From: Candidatus Thalassarchaeaceae archaeon
GTDB taxonomy: Archaea > Thermoplasmatota > Poseidoniia > Poseidoniales > Thalassarchaeaceae
DNA length: 16,010 nucleotides
Direction: 5' to 3'
NCBI GenBank assembly: GCA_030747675.1
Contig: JASLKH010000021.1
Location: 1 to 16,010 of the forward strand
Position 1 is the stretch's first letter. Each line of letters starts with the position of its first letter. Below the pieces are notes generated by a model that was not told where the DNA came from, ran no database searches, and saw only the letters and a program-made list of their open reading frames with translations. Position numbers and translations under genes: made by a program. Below are positions 8,653 to 15,111 of this stretch, one piece after another.

Positions 8653-9459
8653 TCAAAAGAATATGGATAAACAAGTCAATGATCCATCTGCAGCCCGGAT
8701 GTGCTCCATATCAACAACTCGCACAGAAAATCCAGCGTTTTCCAAGATTTTTTTAGTATGAGGGTAACCCCTTGAAACCAATAGATTTCCATTTTCAAAT
8801 CCAATTGTATTTGCAGCATAAGCCTCTTCATTTGGCACCCATAAAATTTCAACACCTTCGTCTTCTAATGTACGAAAGTGCTCTGGTGTAAGGTGCCCCT
8901 CCGCCGCAACAATTGTTCCAGGGCGGGGGGAAGAACAGACAGTTGTTAGGTGCAAGGTTGATTCAGGAATCTGAAACTCAATAAGATCAAAACCACGTTC
9001 AGTAACAACTTCCCGTAAAAATTCAACACCTTCTCTATTAGTTCTAGTAGAAACACCAACCAAAAACCGGTCATCAAAGAATACAACATCACCCCCATCC
9101 ATTTTCGCCCCAAACGGCATCTGTACAACATCGATGTGGGTTTGCAAATATTCTTTGATAGCTAATTGTTCACCCTCCCTACTAGGGTGCCCCACATTAG
9201 TAATTACAACAACATCTCCAACAACTACCGCAGTATCTTCCACAAAAGTACAGTCTGGGTATTCAGAAAGACCTGGAAGAATATCAACATCCACATCATT
9301 TTCTTTTAGTGCAGACACAAAGTCATCATGTGCAGCCTGGCTGAGACTTACATCGGTTGGCCCCGTTCCAAAGTAACTTGCCAAAGCGTTAGTGAAGTTT
9401 GGACTCACACGTCTGACAACAGCGCGGCTGCGCTTACGATGACGCCAACTGTCACCCAT
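8653..9459 (-). CDS. Dimethylarginine dimethylaminohydrolase-like amidinohydrolase (pentein/amidinotransferase superfamily)
   Basis: PDCTFVEDTAVV, HPSREGE, MDGGDV, STRTN, LHLTT (catalytic His position), YAANT and GSLTCLS (catalytic Cys). The 268-aa size fits bacterial-type DDAH rather than arginine deiminase. Confidence 0.88.
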   Translation of the reverse strand: MGDSWRHRKRSRAVVRRVSPNFTNALASYFGTGPTDVSLSQAAHDDFVSALKENDVDVDILPGLSEYPDCTFVEDTAVVVGDVVVITNVGHPSREGEQLAIKEYLQTHIDVVQMPFGAKMDGGDVVFFDDRFLVGVSTRTNREGVEFLREVVTERGFDLIEFQIPESTLHLTTVCSSPRPGTIVAAEGHLTPEHFRTLEDEGVEILWVPNEEAYAANTIGFENGNLLVSRGYPHTKKILENAGFSVRVVDMEHIRAADGSLTCLSIFF

Positions 9460-9486
9460 TACCTAGAGCCGGTTCAAACAGGCCAC

Positions 9487-9491
9487 ATATA
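9487..9491 (-). promoter_or_regulatory. Candidate TATA box for the DDAH-like gene
   Basis: Minus strand reads GG-TATAT-G, 28-32 nt upstream of ATG 9459, the spacing expected for a leaderless archaeal mRNA. Confidence 0.3.
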
Positions 9492-9514
9492 CCTTCGGAA
9501 TAAGGAAATAATAT

Positions 9515-9533
9515 CCTAATTCCGGAAATTAGG
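9515..9533. other. Near-perfect palindrome CCTAATT-CCGGA-AATTAGG downstream of the tRNA 3' end (possible terminator or operator)
   Basis: 7-bp arms at 9515-9521 and 9527-9533, followed on the minus strand by the AT/T-rich run ATATTATTTCCTTATT. Confidence 0.4.
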
Positions 9534-9551
9534 CTATTTAACCCATAGATT

Positions 9552-9638
9552 TGGTGCAGAGGGCAGGATTTGAACCTGCGAACCACTGAGGACTGGGACC
9601 TCATCCCAGCGCCGTTGACCAAGCTTGGCAACCTCTGC
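9552..9638 (-). tRNA. tRNA-Leu(GAG), intron-less, CCA encoded
   Basis: Reverse complement folds as GCAGAGG acceptor / GCC D-stem / CTGGG-ATGAGGT-CCCAG anticodon arm / 13-nt variable region / GCAGG-TTCAAAT-CCTGC T-arm / CCTCTGC-A-CCA. Confidence 0.97.
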
Positions 9639-9665
9639 AAGATGACACAACGAAAAACCACTTTC

Positions 9666-9703
9666 TTATGAATCGAACGGGGCGAACAGATTCGACTTAA
9701 TAT
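9666..9703. promoter_or_regulatory. Candidate divergent TATA boxes: TTCATAA (minus, 9666-9672) for the tRNA and TTAATAT (plus, 9697-9703) for the DegT gene
   Basis: AT-rich hexamers/heptamers about 28-34 nt upstream of the mature tRNA 5' end and 24-30 nt upstream of ATG 9727. Confidence 0.35.
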
Positions 9704-9726
9704 GGGCAACCCATCTACAGAATTAG

Positions 9727-10809
9727 ATGGAACACATACCATTAGCCAAAACATATCTTGATGATGAGATTCGGGATTTAACTCTCGAAGTTTTGGATTC
9801 TGGACAATGGGTGAAAGGGCCGCAATCGAAAGCGTTTGGTTCAGAATGGGCTGAATGGTGTGGTGCGCTGGCGGGAGCCCCCACAAGCAACGGTTCCACC
9901 GCGTTGATTGCAGCATTAAGGCTACTGAGAATTGGACCAGGTGATGAGGTAATAGTCCCGAGTTTAACATTTATTTCAAGTTCTACATGTATTGATCAAG
10001 TGGGTGCAACACCCATTTTTGTCGATGTAGAACCGGAATATTACACCATGTGCCCCCAATCCGTTGAAGAAGCAATTACACCATCAACCAAGGCAATTAT
10101 TGCAGTCCATTTGTTTGGTCAAGTTGTAGACCCCAAAATCATGAATTTAGGGGTTCCGGTGATTGAAGACGCCGCTCAAGCACACGGCGCAGAATATAAT
10201 GGAGATAAAGTCGGAAGTCTGGGAAACTTGGCAACATTCTCATTCTTCCCGAGTAAAAACCTCACAGTTGGAGGCGATGGAGGTGCACTATTGGCCAATT
10301 CCAAAGCTCATACAGGAATACTCACAGCCTCTACAGATCATGGACGCCATCAGAAAGGAGAGTACAATTTTTTGAGTAGTAATTTTAGATTATCAGAAGT
10401 CCAATGCGCCATTGGCAGAGCACAATTAAAACATCTAGAAAAATGGTGCCAACGGAGAAGAGAGATAGCGGAAAAATATTCCAAATCTTTTCACCCAAAT
10501 TCTATTCCCAAAGTTAGGGAACGTAGTAAACACGGTTGGAATCAATATGTCTTGAAGATTACAAAACCAAAATTATTCAGGGAATATATGGACAACTGTG
10601 GAATTGATACAGCAATACATTACTCAACACCAACCCACCTTCAACCAATATATTCACAACACCATCAATCAAAATTAGGAACTCTCCCCTTCACAGAAGA
10701 AATTTGCAAAAATTTGGTAGCAATCCCCGTTTTTCCCCAATTGACCGATGATGAAGTAGAATACATCATTTCGTCGATACAAGCATGGCAATCAGACATC
10801 CTCGCGTAA
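9727..10809 (+). CDS. DegT/DnrJ/EryC1/StrS-family PLP-dependent sugar aminotransferase
   Basis: SNGSTAL, IGPGDEVIVPSLTFISS, VHLFGQ, IEDAAQAHGA and the PLP-lysine motif FSFFPSKNL..GDGG. Confidence 0.94.
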   Translation: MEHIPLAKTYLDDEIRDLTLEVLDSGQWVKGPQSKAFGSEWAEWCGALAGAPTSNGSTALIAALRLLRIGPGDEVIVPSLTFISSSTCIDQVGATPIFVDVEPEYYTMCPQSVEEAITPSTKAIIAVHLFGQVVDPKIMNLGVPVIEDAAQAHGAEYNGDKVGSLGNLATFSFFPSKNLTVGGDGGALLANSKAHTGILTASTDHGRHQKGEYNFLSSNFRLSEVQCAIGRAQLKHLEKWCQRRREIAEKYSKSFHPNSIPKVRERSKHGWNQYVLKITKPKLFREYMDNCGIDTAIHYSTPTHLQPIYSQHHQSKLGTLPFTEEICKNLVAIPVFPQLTDDEVEYIISSIQAWQSDILA

Positions 10810-11382
10810 ATCACACCAAGGTTCTCTTGCCAAAGAACCTGAACCATACCGCCCATCATCTGTAACTTCATCTCCCAACCAATGTGGTTTTTTAAATTCA
10901 AAATTAAAGTTAGGAAGTTCAATCTCAGCAAGTACGAGCCCAGCATTATCTCCATCGAAAAAATCAATCTCCCAAACCAACCCTTCTTCAGATAACACCT
11001 CATATCGTTTTTTGATTACAGTGGGAAACCTCCAAGATTCTGCCAAATGCAATACTTGGGCATGTGGAACTTCAAACTCCCACTCAATTCTGCCACCATC
11101 GACAGTCGGCCCTTTTACAGTAACAAACCCCCGACCTTCTTTGATACGAATCCTTGGTGTCAAATCCCCACCATCAATTAGTGATTGAATACCATTACTA
11201 GCTGCATTAGGTAAATTAGAAATGAGAACCCCATCTTCAAAAATAAGGCTATTTTCGCGTATTTCTATTCTCCATTTTGGTAGATAGCATTGGATTATTT
11301 TACTTCCTCGACCAAGCGCAGGCAATGCAACCTCGTCAACAATTCGAAACCGCCGTTCTATTTCGATAGGCACAACCATCAT
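10792..11382 (-). CDS. CYTH / triphosphate-tunnel metalloenzyme family protein
   Basis: N-terminal EIERRF (ExExK-like), RIRI, VTVKGP, EWEFEV, KKRYEV, WEIDFFDG.NAGLVLAEIEL and PHWLGDEVT. ATGA overlap with the upstream EamA gene. Confidence 0.9.
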   Translation of the reverse strand: MMVVPIEIERRFRIVDEVALPALGRGSKIIQCYLPKWRIEIRENSLIFEDGVLISNLPNAASNGIQSLIDGGDLTPRIRIKEGRGFVTVKGPTVDGGRIEWEFEVPHAQVLHLAESWRFPTVIKKRYEVLSEEGLVWEIDFFDGDNAGLVLAEIELPNFNFEFKKPHWLGDEVTDDGRYGSGSLAREPWCDLREDV

Positions 11383-12314
11383 TCTTCCTCCACAGTTGGC
11401 AACTTTACATTATCGAATTCGATGACGAAATTACCCAATAATAGTGCCGCGGCACCAAGGGGCAACCAGAAAGTGAAATCACCCTCTAAACCCATTATTA
11501 AGGAAAAGATTGCAGCCCAAACAGGCTCTAGTGCATAGATTATAGCGGCATGAACGGGAGATACTGCTTTTTGGAATAAATTCAAAATTAGTAATGCAAC
11601 CAAACTCCCGAATATAGCACACAAAAGTAAAGGGAATAAGAAAGACCGTACTTGTAATAATTCAAACAACTCATCTCCCCCACCCTCTCTCAAAGGCCAC
11701 AAGAGAAATACAACGAATGAAAGTAGAGAAACGGTCAAAATCATTGGACCGGTTAACAACAATGGATCAGTTTTTTTGGTGATTCTGTCAGTTGCAATAA
11801 TGTGTGCAGCAAACAAAAAGGCACAAGCAACAGTTAACCACTCCCCAATCCCAAAAGTAAGGTGTGGCTGACCATCAATGAAGGCCGCGCCAAAAGTAGC
11901 CAGCAAAACACCAATTAACGCAAACTTGGTTAGGCGTTGCCGACCCAAAACCACACCTATTAAGGCAGTAAAAACCACATACAAACTTGTTAGGAAGGCC
12001 GAAACAGCAGGAGTCACCTCTTTTAATCCAAACATTTGCAGAAGGAATCCACCCCATACTATGAACCCTAACCACCCCCCTCCTTTCCAGGAATCTAACT
12101 CAACAAATCCTTTTCGAGCCCTTGGAAATAACAAAGGGAAAAGTAAGGCAGCAATCGTAAAGCGCATCCATACAAAGAACGTGACAGTCCAATTTTGATT
12201 CAGTTGTGGTTTAGCGGCAGCAGCAGCATCCAGAGATTGTTGCATCCAAACAAACGTCCCCCCCCACGCCAATGTAACTGCCAATAATGCCCATATGGCC
12301 TTTTTATTGCTCAC
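11379..12314 (-). CDS. DMT superfamily (EamA/RhaT) transporter
   Basis: 311 aa, about 10 hydrophobic segments in two repeats: AWGGTFV, RFTIAAL, SAFLTSLYVVF, YALEPVWAAIFS. GTG start overlapping the GT stop (GTGA), with SD GAGGTG upstream. Confidence 0.9.
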   Translation of the reverse strand: MSNKKAIWALLAVTLAWGGTFVWMQQSLDAAAAAKPQLNQNWTVTFFVWMRFTIAALLFPLLFPRARKGFVELDSWKGGGWLGFIVWGGFLLQMFGLKEVTPAVSAFLTSLYVVFTALIGVVLGRQRLTKFALIGVLLATFGAAFIDGQPHLTFGIGEWLTVACAFLFAAHIIATDRITKKTDPLLLTGPMILTVSLLSFVVFLLWPLREGGGDELFELLQVRSFLFPLLLCAIFGSLVALLILNLFQKAVSPVHAAIIYALEPVWAAIFSLIMGLEGDFTFWLPLGAAALLLGNFVIEFDNVKLPTVEEE

Positions 12315-13579
12315 TTAAGCACCTCATGCAAAGCAGATCTGAACATCGAGATAGAACGGCGATGATCAATCACTCCCGCATGAACTTTCGCCAACCCCCC
12401 TAATTCCTTGCGCCGGGAATACACATCCTTGAGGGCCGCACACCATTCATCTAATGTGGACTCATATGGCAAAGTCACACCCCCATTTCCAACAGCTTCA
12501 GGTTGCGCCCCTAAATCAACGCAAACCGTCGGAACCCCAAACAAACCACCTTCATTTGTTACACGACCCCAAGACCCTGTACTCTCAAAAACGAGCAGAT
12601 GAACATCAACATGGTCGAAAATTTCAGCAGGGGGAACAAACCCCATCCACTCTGTATTGCCATATTTTTGGAGAGACTCTCCATGAGCACCGCCACCATA
12701 CACTTCAATATGGGCTTCAGGCCAACTTATTTCCAAAAAAGGCAACAACCTATGATAAAATGCCAACCCTTTTTCGGGAGAAGGGTTGACAATTGCAATT
12801 CTAGGAATATTTACATCTCCAGTTACTACCCTTTCCTCCATTGCATTTCGCCTCTTGAATTCAACGAATTCTAGTGATCCAAAAGTTTTCTCATAATCTA
12901 CAGGGAGAGGAACATGAAATCCATTACGTATAGCAAATCGCTCCTTCACTTGTTCGATTAACCCCAACCCCGCACAACAAATTCCGACAGCACCTTCTAA
13001 TGCAGGACGAAACAGTTCGGGGTGCCTAAATTGAATTTCATCACGGACAAAGCAAACATATGGTATCCCATACTTCTTGAAAATAGATGCCGCACCAGGT
13101 GCCCAATCTAATTGAGTCACACCCACAACATCCGTAAAATCCCCACCAAGGTCAGATATTTTCGAGTCTAACCACTTAGCAAATTGGGCATTACGTACAC
13201 GCAAATGCCTCCTTTGGAGGCCTAAATTTGGCTTCCCTGTAGACCTAACCCTTAATCGCCATGCTAATCCAGACCAAATCCCTTCAATTCGTAGATTTGT
13301 TGTGGTGATATCCAAATTGGAATCACGAGTCAACTCAGTACTGCCCCCACGATCGCTACTATGGAATACGAATACACCTAACCCATCTTCTAGAATACCC
13401 ACTTCTTCACATTCAACCAGTGGAATGTATTGCGCGGCATTATCTGCTAAAGGACCACTTTCACTCACTCCTTTGAGGAGGGTGGCCAAACTCATTTCAG
13501 CTCCACCTGCAGGTGGGTCCAAATCCCTGAGAGCAGCAATTACTCTTGGGGCCATGAGTCTCGGGTACCGACCACTCAC
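12311..13579 (-). CDS. GT-B fold glycosyltransferase, probably GT4-like
   Basis: N-terminal PPAGGAEMS loop, SPEKG, and C-terminal SWGRVTNEGGLFGVPTVCVDLGAQPEAVGNGG typical of GT4 donor-binding domains. Start is GTG 13579 or ATG 13555. Confidence 0.75.
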   Translation of the reverse strand: MSGRYPRLMAPRVIAALRDLDPPAGGAEMSLATLLKGVSESGPLADNAAQYIPLVECEEVGILEDGLGVFVFHSSDRGGSTELTRDSNLDITTTNLRIEGIWSGLAWRLRVRSTGKPNLGLQRRHLRVRNAQFAKWLDSKISDLGGDFTDVVGVTQLDWAPGAASIFKKYGIPYVCFVRDEIQFRHPELFRPALEGAVGICCAGLGLIEQVKERFAIRNGFHVPLPVDYEKTFGSLEFVEFKRRNAMEERVVTGDVNIPRIAIVNPSPEKGLAFYHRLLPFLEISWPEAHIEVYGGGAHGESLQKYGNTEWMGFVPPAEIFDHVDVHLLVFESTGSWGRVTNEGGLFGVPTVCVDLGAQPEAVGNGGVTLPYESTLDEWCAALKDVYSRRKELGGLAKVHAGVIDHRRSISMFRSALHEVLK

Positions 13580-13651
13580 ATGAATTCGCTCCTAAAATTC
13601 CATCTTAAACCAACGTCATAGTCATGGACATCCTTTGCCACCACATACATT

Positions 13652-14734
13652 ATGGGAATCACAATCGGAGTCATTGGTTGTGGCCATTGGGGAAAGAATC
13701 ATGCAAAAACACTCACTATATTGCGTGAAGAAAAAGCAATTGATAATTTCGTCATATGTGACATAAACAGCGCTAGAGCAAAGAAAGTCGCAGATTATTA
13801 CAATGTTGGTTGGTGCACCAATCCACTGGATTTAGTGAACATCTACAACGTCGACGCCGTTACCATTGCAACACCTACAACCACACATACCGAACTTTCA
13901 ATCACATTTCTTAACGCAGGTATTGATGTATTAGTTGAGAAACCAATGGCACTTGACGTTGATGACGCTGAAAGAATGATTAAATGTTCAAAATTAAACA
14001 ACCGAATTTTGGCAGTAGGCCACCCACTTCGATATCACAAACCCCTCCGCGAAGCAATATCTCTAGCCAGAAATGGTCACCTCGGCTCGTTACAGTCAAT
14101 CGAGTGTGAAAGACTATCAGTTCGAGAACCGCGAACAGATACAGGTGTAATTGCTTCTCTTGCAATCCACGATCTCGATATTTGTTTAATGTTATTTGGC
14201 GAAAGAAACCCGTTGAGAATAAATTCATTATCTCTCCCCTCGAACATAGAAGGAATAGAGGACTACGCCGTCATTCAGTTAGAATTCCCCTCGGGGGAAA
14301 ACGACCCCAATTCTACAATAAATGCAAATTTAACCTCATCTTGGCGCAGCCGTCTAAAAGGCAAAGTAAGGAGCACGCGCATCCACGGCCAGGATGCAAG
14401 TATTGACATTGACACGAGTCGCCATGATGGATTTTTCATCCACCACCACCCTTCTACTCTAGTAGAAGGAAAGACTCCCTTTCTAAAATCTCCAGGCCAA
14501 TGGATTCCCGTGAAAGACGGTGAACCGAGTTTAACATCTGAATTGCGTGCTTTTGCAAATGCATGTATATCTCGCACTACAGAACAATTGTTTGCAACAG
14601 CTGAAATTTGCTTACCAGCAACCAAACTAGTTGCTTTAGCTAAGCAAGCCTCCAAACAAAGCACACCACTCGAACTAGACCAAGACTTTTCGCAGTATTC
14701 AATAGCCACACCTGTTTCGCCAAAGACATGGTAG
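13652..14734 (+). CDS. Gfo/Idh/MocA family NAD(P)-dependent oxidoreductase (possibly nucleotide-sugar 3-dehydrogenase)
   Basis: Rossmann motif IGVIGCGHWG, DAVTIATPTTTH, VLVEKPMA, AVGH and LAIHDLDI. Confidence 0.92.
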   Translation: MGITIGVIGCGHWGKNHAKTLTILREEKAIDNFVICDINSARAKKVADYYNVGWCTNPLDLVNIYNVDAVTIATPTTTHTELSITFLNAGIDVLVEKPMALDVDDAERMIKCSKLNNRILAVGHPLRYHKPLREAISLARNGHLGSLQSIECERLSVREPRTDTGVIASLAIHDLDICLMLFGERNPLRINSLSLPSNIEGIEDYAVIQLEFPSGENDPNSTINANLTSSWRSRLKGKVRSTRIHGQDASIDIDTSRHDGFFIHHHPSTLVEGKTPFLKSPGQWIPVKDGEPSLTSELRAFANACISRTTEQLFATAEICLPATKLVALAKQASKQSTPLELDQDFSQYSIATPVSPKTW

Positions 14735-15069
14735 TAAACATCGCACGTCCATTACTTGGAGACTTATACAGTCTATATTGCAGTGCTTTGGGGAGTACAG
14801 CAGCGTGGTGGACAGGTCACCTAACCGTTGTAGCAATCATCGCTTTTTTCAGTTGGACAATTAGAAATTGGACAGACATAGCAGAAGGATTCAATTTGAA
14901 TGGTATGCGCATATGGTCTTGGATTGTTTTCATTGGGATGACATTAGGTCAGATGATTCTATACATGGAAGGCTTCAACTTCCCTCTAAATGGTGCATTC
15001 CTCACTGCTTTGGCAACCAGCGCATTCATTTGGTGGTCATGGTATACTTTGGAACCCACGAAGGCCTAA
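14728..15069 (+). CDS. Small hypothetical integral membrane protein (~3 TM)
   Basis: 113-aa Trp-rich ORF with three hydrophobic segments. It overlaps the oxidoreductase stop by 7 nt and fills the gap before the ATPase. Confidence 0.72.
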   Translation: MVVNIARPLLGDLYSLYCSALGSTAAWWTGHLTVVAIIAFFSWTIRNWTDIAEGFNLNGMRIWSWIVFIGMTLGQMILYMEGFNFPLNGAFLTALATSAFIWWSWYTLEPTKA

Positions 15070-15111
15070 CTCTCCGAGGGTTGATGTGCTGTAAGCCCCA
15101 CCTTCCTTCCG

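Noticed and set aside
8585-8674. Extended M28 start at 8674
   Set aside because: It overlaps the DDAH-like gene and buries the signal peptide that begins cleanly at 8584.
12258-12265. G8 homopolymer in the EamA gene as a phase-variation tract
   Set aside because: The frame is intact, it encodes the W-G-G of the conserved first helix, and 6-7-nt runs are common in this window.
9552-14734. tRNA-anchored genomic island carrying glycan genes
   Set aside because: No integrase, no duplicated tRNA 3' end seen and no evident composition break; the glycan genes lie on the tRNA's 5' side.
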